Below the pieces are notes generated by a model. It ran no database searches, had not been told where the DNA came from, and saw only the letters and a list, made by a program, of their open reading frames with translations. This document shows positions 1 through 12,845 of a stretch of 64,000 bases of DNA, one piece after another. Positions within the stretch are counted from its first letter, which is position 1; the number at the start of each line of letters is the position of its first letter. The translations under genes were made by a program, and so were the position numbers. The stretch is from Podarcis filfolensis (lineage: Eukaryota). Where the stretch lies: assembly GCA_964270895.1 (NCBI GenBank), contig OZ185441.1, one strand, 5' to 3'.

Positions 1-1126
1 GCCCATTCTACAGGCAAAAGATAGATCACAGCCAATCAGGGTTTGTTTTTTTGTTGCTTCTGCGAGACTAACATATTAGTATCAGCAGCAGCAATTTTTG
101 TCATTCCTCTGGGGCCATTTTATGTGTAAGGTTGTGTATACAATATAGACTGTATGTGGCAAACATTTTTGCTTCCCTATGATGTCTGAAAAGGTCTTGT
201 AAAAGTTTTTAGTGTTAGCTGGCCTGGTGCCGCTCTTTTGAAGAACGACAAAGTCTGGGTAAGGATAAATGTGTTCCAGTTTACAGCTGATGGTTCATAT
301 GCACAATAAAACAGATAAAAATGTAGGGGAAGAAAACATTTCTTTGCTGCCTCCCTTTTATACAAATCTTTTATACAAATTTTATACAAATTCTTTAATA
401 AACAAACAGACTAGTGTACAAGGCTTTTGATTATGTGTTTGTGTCTTAGAAGTCTCCCACTAACAATAACCAAATCCCTAAGGAATATAAACAGTTACAC
501 AGAGCTGACTGCCTCAGGTAAGCAGCAAAGCATCTCTCCCTCATGGTACTATAACCCTATGAAAATGACTTGTAAACCAACTGCCATAATCAAACCCAGA
601 AAAGAAGGAATATGACTGGCCCAATACAATAAACGGTATCACAAGATGTAGGTCACATCCCACGATTCTGAAGACTGGTTACATTAATCATATTAATCAT
701 ATCCTACAATCACACAAGATGTATGTAATAATAAAATACTGATTACTATCCTGCAGATGTCTTTAATTCAGGTCTGAGGTTTATAAATAAAATGCTGCTT
801 AAATGTTCAAACATAGCTCCCACTAGTCATATGTGCCAATTATTGTCACTTGTTTTCTGAGAGCTACCATCAGTTCCAGCAAATAAACTTGTAAGTGATT
901 ATGGTAAACAAAAGCATATGATGTGGAAGGTTCAATGAGAAAAATCACTCTTCCCCTGTAAAACTCTCTTTCAAGAAGAAGTAGAAACATGATGGAAAAT
1001 TAGACTTAGTACATTTCCCATGGAGTCTGTGCTGTGTATGCAGAATCTTTATTGAGGGCCTTTGCAAATTGGTTTCTAATGACCACAGAGCTACACTACT
1101 GGGATTTATGTTGCATAAATACTTAC

Positions 1127-1239
1127 CCTCCCATAGAAACACCTGCTGCCATCAACGGAGCTGAGGAGTACAAGTTGTGTACATAATGAATAACAGTTTC
1201 CAAATCCTCTGTATTAGCAGCACAGTAAGTCCTTGGGGT
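1127..1239 (-). CDS. ABHD3: ABHD3 coding exon 5 (contains GxSxG nucleophile motif GVSMGG)
   Basis: Acceptor ttcttacag, donor GG|gtaagt; translates [38 protein letters not shown]. Confidence 0.95.
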
Positions 1240-4200
1240 CTGTAAGAAACCAAAAGTGGGAAAGAGTACAATAAACACTTGTTTTGCCTTTCAGCCAAGG
1301 CCAACGCAGCACCAGGTTGGTTGATACAGCAATATAATACGAAAAGATTAACACACGCGCCAATGACATTTGTAGAAGTTATGATATTCAATGAGGTAAG
1401 ATTTCAAGTGCATTCACTTTTAGTATTAAAAGCAGCACTACTAAAATTTTACAAACTCCCTCTCCCCGCTACACTAAAACTTTTGCAAAGCAATTAAATC
1501 CTACTAAGCTCACAATATGTTAAGGAAATGTATTCTACAAAAGATGTGTATTTGTAATTAGGCTTAGGAGCCCAGTTACAAATCAGTGCACACAGTTAGA
1601 TGCAATAACTGTTGCACTGGTGTCCAAAGTTGATTGAGAGTACCGTAACAGCGTACAGAAGCATAGCAACACTGGCAAGAGCCATCTCCACTAAAACCAT
1701 TGTACACAAAGTTCTTGCACAGTGCAGAATTGTACAGAAAAGGAGCATGTGGGTAACTCATCTGTACCACTTCCTAAAGGCACTTTGTACCACAACCTAG
1801 GATAAACCAATAAAAGCTTTCAGCTGGATCGCTGCTGCCATAGCAAGGTAGCATAGACCTGCCCCACTTGACCTGTGGAACAATGAAGTTGTAAGGGTGC
1901 TGACGCCTACTGCTTGATATCCCATGATGACTTATTATAATGGTCATATAACATGTTTTAATATTTAAACAATGTGCTTTTTTCTTTGAAGCTCAAAATA
2001 TTGCAAACAGTCCTCTTTAAGCAAACTTTTAAAGCAAGCCAGCATTATTATTCTTACTATGCAGATGGCGGGGTGAAGCTTAAGAGGCATTAGTTCCTAA
2101 AATAACAAAGAATCTTGTGGCATCTGAAAGGCAAGCAAGTATATTATGCTGTGTTTTCATGAAAAAGAATTTAGAGCTTAGACATTAAGAGGGAAACACA
2201 GGATTCCATACCCTACAGGAGGCACTTGAACATCCGGGGGGAATAGAGCACAAATTCTCCCCTATAAATGCCAGAAGTGTTTAATTTTTGGGTTCTGTCT
2301 GAAACAAAAAAAATGAGTCAAGCTGAGGTGAAGCTGATAGGAGAGGTGCATGCATGCAGGTGGATAATATGCAGATTCAGGGCTGATGATTAACTGCCTC
2401 TTCCCCTTTAGTTCAGCAAATGCTGGGTTGGGACACTCAAGCCTAAGCAGTGAGTCCACGGCTTAGCTGAAAATTGAAATGAAGACCTACTGCTAATAAT
2501 TGGCATCCGATGGGTTAAAACCATGGCATTTGTTGTTGTCTCCCTTGCTCCACCTTCTTTTCCCTCTGACTCCATCCATCACAGTCCATTACAAGATGAG
2601 CTACAAAATCAACAAAATTTGGAATACTTCGGCATAGCATTTTCTTTTTACGGGTAGTTTACGTACAATCTATCTAAAAGGGTACTGTGCTCAGTGCAGA
2701 TGTGTGTGCAGAACAGCCTCTGACTACTAAGTAAAAGGGAGAAACCTTGATTTTTCAATGCAGTGACTCTTCAGACTGGCCCCATTAGATGTTTTAGGCT
2801 GAACTCTCCACTTGCAATTTAATACTCGCTTACTGAACTCAATGGGAGTTCTGCCCGCCGGATGACATGAATAAAAGAGCAAGGCTTACTTCTGAGTACA
2901 CATGTATATGATGGCACTGCTGTTTTCTTCCACAAGCTAAACTCCCAGGTAGCAGAAACATTAAAATTTCAGCTTCCTTTAAATTATTTAATTAGGAAAA
3001 AATCTCTTACTTTGCTTGACAATATGCAGTGCAATTCTAAGCGTGTTACCCCAGAATTTCCACTTGGTTAAATGGGGTTGATCACCAGGAAAGTGTGCCT
3101 TAAGCCACAGTCCTCTGCATGCTTAACTAGAAGCAAGCCATACTGAACAGAGTAAACGTGCATAGCATTGCACCATTAATCTTCTGGTATTTTATTTGTA
3201 ATTTAGTTCTTTAAAAATGCATTGTTTGCCAAAATGAGGGAGTTTATTTGTGCTCTGAGGATTAAGATAACTTACTTGCATGTGCCTGTGCTTGTCTTAA
3301 ACTCATTTCTTGTTTATCGCTTCAGAACCATTATGACTGGATTTTATATCATTATGCTAAAAATTCTACACTGGACGAGTTACAACCGCAGCTGTTTATA
3401 GGGGAAAACAGCCTTTTATTGCTAAAACAGGCAAAGCCGATTACATGGCATTTCACAAAGTACAGCTAAACAAAAGATCTTTTCAGTTCATCTGAAATAT
3501 AATCAAAAAGGGCTTGGTGTGCCACAAAACTGCTTTGTACATTCATCTGCAGAAGTATGCTGAAAATGGATTCTCACATTTCTTTCATTAAGAGAATGTA
3601 TTATTCATACTTTGAAACCAGCACGTTAAATGTGTAAAACTGTACACTGTGTTTCACATGCAAAAATCCTCTCCAGAGGCTGGCAACAGCTGTTATATGA
3701 CAAGACCAAGACCTTAATCATTTATATAATTTCTCACTGACGCCTCATTTTTTGGGGGGAAACTTCTCCATCTTCTTAGTTGCTACTGGGGGAAAGATAA
3801 ATAAAATTTCACTTTATTTATTAAATTGCTATACCACTCTTCATCTGAGAATCACAGGGCTGTTTACAGTATATCAAGCCCGCATCTTAAGTGCATTTAA
3901 CTTGTGCACATTCAGCTTTACACACATGGCAAAAAAGGGATGGAAAAGAAGTTCTGGGGGGAATGACTTTGGCAATCTCATCCACCATTGAACCAATGAA
4001 CCCAATGGGTTTGGACTAGACACAATTTTGGCTTTAGGCGCAATCCCCAGAACATAACCCCCACATAAATTGTGGGTTTATTGTATGAAAACACAAAAAT
4101 ACATAAATCTGAGGTGGTAGTAAAAGAGACATCTTTCAAAAAGGATATGGAGCAGCAATGGTACGTGAGCTTGACCCTTTTATCATCCCCCTCTACAACC

Positions 4201-7200
4201 TCAGCCCACATCACCTGGTAGCTTGCAGAGATAGGAAGGATGCACTGAATGTGCATCTCCATGCCTTCTGGGGAGGCAGATTAAATGAAGGAAGGAAGAA
4301 GGACCGTGTGGGCTTATAGGGTACCTTAAATCCTCGCAAACCCCAAAATTGTTTGGTCACTGATCTGAACAAGTAGGGAAGGCTGCTTCTGCATCTCCAC
4401 ATGCTGCCTTCAAACCTACTTCCAGAGCTGGCTTTAGGTTTTGGGGTGTTGCAAAAGTTGCCCTTGATGAGCTTCTCCTTACGCTTGAGTGAATATCTCA
4501 TCTCTTAGAGAGCCAATGGGTAAGTGAACATGTAGGCCATAGTGAGGAGCAGCTGTCTCTGTTTGTTCACCCACCTGCCCTCTCCCCCTCTGGACAGAAG
4601 TGGGATTGGGTCCACTGGCCCATTTGTCACCAACAGTGACCAAGGAGCTGTTCCCTATTGTCACCACTACTTGCACACTTTGGGTGTGTGAGTGAGTGAG
4701 GAGTGATGGAAGCAAGAATGTGTGGACTGGCCCTCCATACGGCTGCCTTGAGGAGAGAAAGCAAGCAACAGCAGTAGCTCCTCCTCCTCCTCTTTACTAC
4801 CATCACCATTTAAGCAAGCAATCAAGCAACAAGAGAAAGTGACAAGGAGCAGCTTATATCCTCTCCTTCTGTGTACCGAGCAGGAAGAGTGGCCACAATG
4901 GCAAGGTCAGGGAACAACTTTGGGCCCTTTTCAGCATCAATCTGAAGCCTGGCAGCTGCCTGAACATGCCAGACCTTGACACTAGCCTCATCTTGCCCCC
5001 AGCATGACAACCACCAGGCCTTACAACTCAACACCACCTACTGCAGTAAGTGATAGGGAGAAGTGCTTCTACATTCCGCTTCCTCCTCCTGTCAAGACTT
5101 TCGGAAAGGGCCAGCCTGGAACTAGTGTCTCCTTTGGCAGCTGTCCATGCCTCCTTATGGGGGTTTGCTGCACAAACCTCCAGTAATGTTTCAATTGAAT
5201 CTACAAATCTGGAAGTCCTTATTTTGTTTTCCAAGTTAGATAAATTTCTATGTAGGTAAATCATTTAGTAGATTAATTAAACGCAATTAAAACATGAAAA
5301 ATTACTGATTAATTTAATGAATGAGTGAATGAATGAATGATGTAGATTCCTTATTTATATGACATTTACTTACTGTTTTATTTTCTTATTTTTGCATTGT
5401 ATGAGATAAAGAGGCACAATTGTCAATGAGGAACAAACCCTCCCAGAGATGGAATTAACCATAAATTGCTTATGAAGTGTTGCATGCTTGCAGGTATTCG
5501 CACCCATGCTATATGCTAACATTATGGTTGCTCAGTGTTCTTACTTAATTTAAGAGCAATTCTTACCAAGAGATTTTCACCAGCAATTCCTCGATAGTTT
5601 AAAACCACACACCTTTAAAAAAACAGAAGAGCACCATTTACCAGAACTGTTAACCTGTGTGTCTTTGGATGTGAAGATCCGTACATTTCAAAGCTGCTCC
5701 AATTTAAAAATATAGAGTTGCCAATTATTCAAAACAGGGACATCAACATACACATTGTTTTGCACAAACGTATGACATATAAACAGGGAGTGTGTTAACG
5801 TGGCGGGAGGGTGAGTAAAACGGCAATGCTTCCTCACTGTTGAAAGGAATGTTGGTATGGAATTGGGATGTAATAGTCTCTGCCTCTACTGAAACAATCC
5901 TTTGAAACAATTCCCATCCCCAGGTGGGGAAGGGCAAGTTCCCCTCACTGCTGAAAGAAACCTTTTTCTCTCCCTCTCCCCTTTCCTTTCTCTCACTGTG
6001 ATGGATTTGGCTTGATGGACATTCATCACAGAGCTTACATCCTCTGAGACCAATTCCTTCCCTCCACATAAGCTTATGCCTGTGTGGTGATAGCTTGGAC
6101 CATTGAGGGCAATGTGAATACACCACCCTCTGCACATAATGCGCGCGCACACGCACACCTGCCCTGTCTTCCACACTCCTGCATTTAGTTTCTGGGGTGT
6201 CTGAACACCGGCACTACACAAGCAGAGGTATTGGTTGATACTGACCTTTCCCTAAGTGTTTCACATACATAACCTCAGTAAACCTTGCCAAGCGGTTCAT
6301 TATTACTATTATTATTATGCTCTTAGTGCCGATGGGTTGGCAGACTGAAGCTAAGTAACAGTAACTTGCCTAGGTCCACTAACAGAGTTCATGGATGGTC
6401 AGATTTCAGCCAGGGACTTCACAGTTCATACTCTTTGCCACTATGCTAAGGTAGTCACCAGTTCTTTACCCCAGTCAAGCTAAGTCTGCATGGATCCCTG
6501 ATTGAAGTTTCCCAACACGTCAGGAGCCATCTTTGAGATGGTCTGCTGTAGTGGTGGTGGAGACTGGAGGTGGGTCACAGAGACAGCTACCAAAGGAGCC
6601 TGTGGCAGATCTGGTGGATGGAAAGTCAGGGCCAACAAAGGAATGAAAAGTGTCTCCAAGTGCTGTCTGTGCTACTCCTCTACCCACTACATATGATTGT
6701 GGCTTCCCGCTTGTGCAAATTTAATCCAAGTGGTTAAAACAGAAACATTAGCAAGCCAAACTGCTTTTACCTGTAGCCCAGTGTTTTGCTCTCCTGAATC
6801 ATATGGAGAATGTAGGATTCCTTGCTAGTTCCCGTGAGGCCAGGCAGCAAGAGGATAGTGGGTCTGGTGCTGGAATCTGGGTAATGAATGCTATCATGAT
6901 TGTCAAACCAGTCCAGTGAAATCTGCCCTCCATCAGTCGCTGTAATAAGCTCACTGGAAAAACCAACAATGATTAGCTTTGCAAAACAACAATAAAGAAA
7001 AAAAATCACTCTACTGCCTTCACTCCCATTCATTAATCAGAGGTTTCATGGGTGGACACACTGAGTAGGAGAGTGGGAGAAAAGAGAGGTCCCACCTTAG
7101 GACAACTCCTCAAGGTATGCAAGAAAATTGTGTTGTTGCTTAAAAAAATGGGGGGGGGGGTGTGTCAGGGCTGTCATTCACACTGCTTTCACGCTGTCTC

Positions 7201-10200
7201 CAAACATTGGCAGCAGAAAATAGCAGCCAGGCATGAGGCCTCAACCAGCTGGCTGAAAGACAAGGCACAGCTGGCTACTTGCTTCCTTCAACTTGGGTCT
7301 TAAAATGGGGAATGAACTGGTCCGGGATAATATGCAGCTGAGAGCCCAATTCTCTTTGCCAGATCCTTTAAACTATGGGGTGGAATGCCCCTTGCAATGT
7401 CAATAATGGCTCAAGTCAGGAGTTAGCCTCAGCCCATGCCCTAAGGTGCACGATGTCACAGCCCAATCTCCACAGGAAACCTGCTGAAGCTCTTCTCAAG
7501 TTGTGAGGAGGATCAGTGGCAGTTGTTAGAGCAGCAGGTGCTTCCTGGTTTCCTGAAACTGCATGTGCTGTCATTAGAACTGGTCTCATGGAGTCAGCCA
7601 ACCTGATCAATTCCACACAAGGAAACAGGTTTCCATGCATAGATCATTGGCTAGATCAAGAACAGTAGGCCTAAATCAGATGTGCTCTAACTGGATTACA
7701 CTGCTTTTGTGGAAGATGCGTTCAGATGCACATTCAAACATGCTACCCTCTCCAGAACATGAATCCAAATGCACATTCAGCTGAAAACCATGAAGTGCAG
7801 ACAGAGAGCATCTGCATTCAGGCATGCATGTGGATGTGCATCCAGTTCACGCATGCAGGTCAAGGTCCATCAAGTGGACCCCTTGGTTAGACTAAGGTGT
7901 AAGCACATATAGGGATGGAGAGAGAGGTAAAAAAAAATCTGCTTTGCTTTTCCGTCTGCAGTTCTTTAAAAATGATTGAACATCTTTCTATATGCATTAA
8001 TTTAATGTACAGCAGTAAAAAAAGGGCAACCAAGGTGAAACTATTAAGTCAATTCTAAAACCTTGCTGCTGCATAAGCAGAACAGTGTGAGCAAACACAT
8101 GACTAAGATACCAAAATAAAAACATCTGTGCTGCTTCTATCTAGCAGCTGCTGTATACCACTACTGAGGAGCAAACATCTGACCACTTTGCTTAAGTGCA
8201 AAAGTAGCCAGTTTTAGGTCTGCTTTCTGCAACAGAATACTGTATGAACTAAGTGTGTGAAAAAACTTCTGTTGCCAAGTGGGCTCAATACATAGCTCTT
8301 TTGCACCCACATCCCCATTAACAATGGAAGAGCCATTTATTCCCATGCTAAATAAATATCAGAGACCCCTTAAATAGAAAGTAAAACTTCCCACGTAAAT
8401 GGAATTACAGCAAATTCTCAGGAATCCTTAGAAAATAGACAGCCTTCCACCAGTCTGGTGCCTTTTCCGAGCCCAGAGGTTTGTCTTGTGCATATAGCCT
8501 AGCTCTTCAGGATACTGGAAGCGCCTCAAAGACACTAGCTACAATAACATATGATGCTCAGAAGTGTGGCCAGTTCTCACATATGTATGAATACACTTGC
8601 CCCTTCAGAAGTTACCTTCCACATGTTCCATAATGGTGTGAAGAGGGGTGGGGCAAGGCAATATGTGCCGTCCCCATCCCAATGACTCCACTTTTACCAG
8701 ATGTGCCCTCAGGCTTCCATGTACCCATGGGCATTTTGGCTGAATGCATACAGGCTCGTCTATGCAATGTGGAACCTGTGCGATTGTGAATCCTGACTGT
8801 GCACATTCAGCTAAATGTGCATAGGTTTTCCCCTTCAAACTGACCTTCCACCCAACTCATGTGGAAGGCAACTCCTGAAGGGGCCTAACGTAGCACAGGA
8901 CACCACACTAAGATCTTATGTTAGAGGTAACAGTACAGAACCAATCTATAAAGAATATGATTGAACCTTCATAAATATTTCACAGAAGAAAGGTTTTGAA
9001 GAACACAGGCACTTACTTCCGGTATTGCACAGATGGTCGAGATGTGATGAAAGGGCGAAGGAGAGTCTGAATACGGCCCTCCCAGCACCACACAGTGGGA
9101 TAGTATGTTTCTGTCACCACAGGGCAATGGTCCTGTAGGAAACAGGATAAGCCTTTGCTGCCAGTCACCAGCTGAGGTTTCTAAAGCGAGAAAAAGGCAA
9201 GTGTGTTGGCACTGTGTTCAATGTGACTTGCTCCTAGGTAAGTGAACATCGTACTCCAGTCTTACATTTATTCATGGCTTTGGTGGAGCAAGTTCCATTC
9301 TTTGCTCAAGCTATTCCCCTCCTTCAGGTTCTTCCTAACAACTTATTTTCTCAGAATGTTCTTCCTAATTTAATGCAGCCTCACTTTACATGCCCCTTCA
9401 ACACTTCCTAATTATACAGAAACCCATCCCGCCAATTGTATTATTACAGACATGCTGTGGGCCACCTGGGTAAAGCTCAAGCCATGGTTTGGGGCTCTGA
9501 TCTAGAATCAGTGGCAATGAGAGAGGACCTTTTCTGGGCTGCAGCCTGGAAACACACTGCCCCTTTGGGTTCAAATAGTCCACACTTACCATTTTCTGCC
9601 AGTGTAGTTTTCTATGCTGACAGCCTTTTGCTGCACTCAGTTGAATTGTGAATCCTGAAAAACGCCTGTACGACTCATGAGTTTGTCACCATGAAATGTA
9701 CTTTTACACAAACTATTTGAGGCGTTGTGAAAGGATAGGTCTATCAATGTCTACTAGTCATGAAGCATACAGATGCAACCCCCGGGGTTCAAAGCCAGTA
9801 TACCTCTGAGTATTCCTTGCTGAGGAACAAGAAGAGGAGAGGAGCTACTGTCTTCCTGCCCTGCGAATCGAGGTTCCCTGAGGCACTGGGTTGGCAAAAC
9901 AAGGTCCCTGACTAGCTAGACCTCTGGTCTGTCTGCTCCAGCTGGGTTCTTCTTAGGAGGCAAAAGCAAAACTATACACATCCTGAAGGAGACGTCAACT
10001 CCTCATGTAAAGTGTGGTTGTTTGTATAAAATAGTGTATATAATTCTACATGTTTTACCCCAGGTTTGAGATTTCACTTTTTGTTCCCTTCCACCTTGCT
10101 TGTCACCTGCAATATGCGCTGCGCAATCCCGAAGCACCAGGTTGCCCAGCCAGCAGGGAACTCAAAGTCAAACTGACCTGCATTTCACTCCTTCCCAGTG

Positions 10201-10621
10201 AAAGCGAAAAGGGACACCCCCCCCCCCCCCGCCGCTCAAACTAGCCCAGCAGCCATCGACCTGCAATAGGGCGCCGCGCGCTGCAAAGGCTCCCTCCGCC
10301 GCCGCCCTCCGCCGCCTCTGCACCCGAGGCGAGCCAAGGACAATAGCCTTGCTTATTTCAAAGATGGGCTTAGCCTGGCGCTGACCTCGCTTGGCCTTTT
10401 CCGCTTCCTGCGGCTCCCTTCTCCATTGGCCGGGGTCGGGCCCGCTTCCCCAGGGACGCGAGAAGCCCCCCTACCTTGGCGATGCTGCTGAGGTAATAGC
10501 AGGCGTAAGCGGCCCCGAAGCACAGCACCAGGGACCACCCGACGCCGGAAGCCAGCAGCCCCTCCCGGACGCGGCTCTCCAGATAGAAGGACACCCCGCG
10601 GGTCAGCCCTTGCAGGTTCAT
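1127..10621 (-). CDS. ABHD3: ABHD3 phospholipase (alpha/beta hydrolase), 5' part: coding exons 1-5; gene continues off the left edge
   Basis: Five GT-AG exons (147+164+183+46+113 = 653 nt) join in frame: MNLQGL...[15 protein letters not shown]...[21 protein letters not shown]...[33 protein letters not shown]...GVSMGG. This closely matches mammalian ABHD3 as I recall it. Confidence 0.95.
5567..5612 (-). CDS. ABHD3: ABHD3 coding exon 4
   Basis: Acceptor tttttttaaag, donor TTG|gtaaga; (R)[15 protein letters not shown]; 46 nt. Confidence 0.93.
6270..6446 (-). mobile_element. Degenerate MIR/CORE-SINE-like remnant
   Basis: attattat...actgaagctaagtaac...aacttgcctaggtc...ctctttgccactatgcta resembles the antisense MIR core; boundaries approximate. 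Confidence 0.5.
6771..6953 (-). CDS. ABHD3: ABHD3 coding exon 3
   Basis: Within ORF 6767-7033; acceptor tttccag, donor AG|gtaaaa; [18 protein letters not shown]...[17 protein letters not shown]. Confidence 0.95.
9017..9180 (-). CDS. ABHD3: ABHD3 coding exon 2
   Basis: Acceptor cgctttag, donor AA|gtaagt; [54 protein letters not shown]. Confidence 0.95.
10475..10621 (-). CDS. ABHD3: ABHD3 coding exon 1 (N-terminal hydrophobic signal anchor)
   Basis: ORF 10370-10621; MNLQGL...[25 protein letters not shown]; donor AAG|gtaggg. Confidence 0.92.
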
Positions 10622-10710
10622 CTCTCCAGAAGTCGCCGCCGAGCTGCGCGGCCGCAGCTTACATCACAGCCCCGGGGAAGCGCGCGGCACGCCTAGGATG
10701 CTGGTGGTCT

Positions 10711-10734
10711 TGCTGCTGCTGCTGCTGCTGCTGC
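10711..10734 (+). repeat. (TGC)8 trinucleotide repeat, (CAG)n on the ABHD3 strand
   Basis: tgctgctgctgctgctgctgctgc read directly. Confidence 0.95.
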
Positions 10735-11472
10735 CGTCGAGGCTGAGCCCAAGCAGGATAGCGCCCTCTCCGGAAGGATCCGAGAATAGCAGCCACCTGC
10801 AGCGGCTGCAGCAGCACCACCAGCAGCAAGAAGCTCTCGGCCTCCGTCGCTGCTTCGCCACAGGGCATAGCAGGACACGCTGCTCCGCCCTCGCTCCCCC
10901 TTCTCTCCCTGGGGAGGATGGGTGGGCATTGAGGCTGGAGCCGGCCTTCTGGCAATCGGCAGGACGCGGGCATTGATTGGCCCTCCTTCTTCTCTGTGCA
11001 GACCGACCTTTATCCCGATTGCAAACGTTGAAGCTGAATTGGGGGTAAGCTGTTCGTGGCAGGTTGCGTGGCTGATCTCTTCACGGATTAATGATTTTCA
11101 AATCCCATTTTCAATACTGTCCGTACCTTTCAGCTATCAGGATTTGTGGCAGTCTCACTGAAAGTAGCATATGCCTAACTGTTTAATGCCTCAATTATCC
11201 ATTTAGTCCAGGACTCAGATTTTTACAGAAGCAAACCAGATGGCTGCAGGAATCCCCCAAGCACATAGGAACATGGAAAACGCCTTATTTAGAGTCAAAT
11301 TTAACTCCATAAGCATCCACTGTAGGTATGGTCCATCTGGCTCAGTATTGTCCACAGGGCCAATTGGCCAGAGCCAACTGTGGCCAACTCTCAGGTGGGT
11401 AGGGCTGTCAACATGGGGTCCTCCACACATTGTGGCTCAACACCAATTCCAGACAGAATGGGAAATACAGTA

Positions 11473-11698
11473 CAGTGGTACCTCGGGTTACATACGCTTC
11501 AGGTTACACACTCCGCTAACCCAGAAATAGTTCTTCAGGTTCAGAACTTTGCCTCAGGATGAGAACAGAAATTGTACTCCGGCGGCGCAGCAGCAGCAGG
11601 AGGCCCCATTAGCTAAAGTGGTGCTTCAGGTTAAGAACAGTTTCAGGTTAAGTACAGACCTCCGGAACGAATTAAGTACTTAACCTGAGGTACCAGTG
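11473..11698 (+). mobile_element. Tc1/mariner (Tigger/pogo-like) MITE, family A
   Basis: TIRs cagtggtacctcgggtta / taacctgaggtaccagtg, TA on both sides; near-identical copies at 36262, 46820, 58456. Confidence 0.9.
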
Positions 11699-11709
11699 TA
11701 ATCATGTTA

Positions 11710-11723
11710 GCTCCCCCTGCTGG
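11710..11723 (-). promoter_or_regulatory. CTCF core motif (reverse orientation)
   Basis: Minus strand CCAGCAGGGGGAGC matches the consensus CCASYAGRKGGCRS closely. Confidence 0.6.
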
Positions 11724-11929
11724 AGACAATGAACCACTTTGAAGTTTGTTTGCTATTTTTTTAATCAAGCAGTATATAAATTTTATGAAATAAATAGAAA
11801 AAATAAAAATACCAGTATGTTGTTTACCCAGACCAGTATGTTCTACAGCAGAGACAGCTAATCTGGTGTCTTCCAGACTACATCTCTCATCACAATTATT
11901 TTCTGTGCTGCCTGGAACTTATGGGGAGT

Positions 11930-12680
11930 TCTTCCACATTTGGAGGGCTGATTTTGGCTACCCCTGGTCTACAGACTGGCAGGATCTCTCCAAGGTCTCA
12001 GGCAGAGGTCTTTACCACCACTTGCTATTAGATATCTTTTTAAACTGGAGATTGCACCTGGGACATTTTGTATGCCAAGAATGTGCTCTTGTCAAGGCAG
12101 GGGTCGGGAGCTGGTCAGCAATAACTCACATGGTGTCAGTAAAGTTAATTATTTACACAAAGAAAGAAAACAGATCAGGCCTAAAGAGCACAGCAGCTCT
12201 TCCTAGTAGGTCTTGCCGCAATGAGGACTGAAGGTCCACTGCACTCTAAGGCTCCTCCTCCCCTGGGTCCCTGCTCAGCAACCTGAGGCACCTTCATCTT
12301 GTCCCTCTTTGTTCTGCCCTCTTCATTCCCCTTCATGTTCTGGGAGACTAGCGGGGAGGGGAGCTGGTTGCAACAGTGGGGGGAGGGAAACCCCTTGATT
12401 CTTCAGCAGCCTGCCTCTTGGCAACCCTCTTCTCCTGCTTCTGCCTCTGATTCTGATTCTGGACTGCTCTCTGCCACAGCCTCTTCCTGCTCACTAAACC
12501 CTGTTAAATCTTCAGTTTTTGACACCTCCTCCCAATCTGCTCCCTCTTCTTCCTCTGACCACTTGTCATCACCCCACTACTGGTCCCCTAGCTTTGAGCC
12601 CCGTTCCCTTGGGGGTTATTCAGCTGGTGCCTCCCACCACTTCTATGCATCCAGCCAGTCCATGACAGCTCTACATTGTT
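11930..12680 (-). mobile_element. tRNA-derived squamate SINE remnant interrupted by the solo LTR
   Basis: ctggagattgcacctgggacattttgtatgccaagaatgtgctct|LTR|acattg resembles the antisense tRNA-like head of squamate SINEs; related remnants near 44180-44270 and 63810-63940. Confidence 0.45.
12090..12667 (-). mobile_element. Solo LTR (578 bp)
   Basis: Ends TGTCA...TGACA; perfect 5-bp TSD gctct (12085-89 and 12668-72); similar composition to the LTR at 60386. Confidence 0.8.
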
Positions 12681-12845
12681 ATCCCTCTACATTTAGTTAT
12701 CAGGCAAAATAACTATTGATACTAGTCTCTTCCATCAATTAGTCTAATATCCCTTTAAACCATTTCAGGATAATAATGGACTAGAGTCCCCCAATTTCCC
12801 AGAGTTTCAGCAGCTTTCACAATCCACTCCCTTCCTAGAGAAAGT

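Larger units (their letters stand above)
10200..11000 (-). promoter_or_regulatory. CpG island / promoter of ABHD3
   Basis: GC- and CpG-rich block around exon 1, contrasting with AT-rich flanks; boundaries approximate. Confidence 0.8.

Noticed and set aside
1-1126. ABHD3 exon 6 not found after exon 5
   Set aside because: The gene simply continues beyond the left edge; not evidence of truncation
1925-2010. ATGATGA C-box-like motif
   Set aside because: No downstream CTGA D box or terminal stem, and it is on the strand opposite the host gene
3950-5270. GC-richer block in ABHD3 intron 4 with short ORFs faintly reminiscent of LINE proteins (LENKIR..., AGFRFWG...VALDELL)
   Set aside because: Similarity too weak to assign; needs RepeatMasker or tBLASTx
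10698-10976. Plus-strand ORF beginning MLVVLLLLLLLLPS, resembling a signal peptide
   Set aside because: The poly-Leu is simply the (CTG)n repeat; there is no downstream exon structure or homology I can recognise
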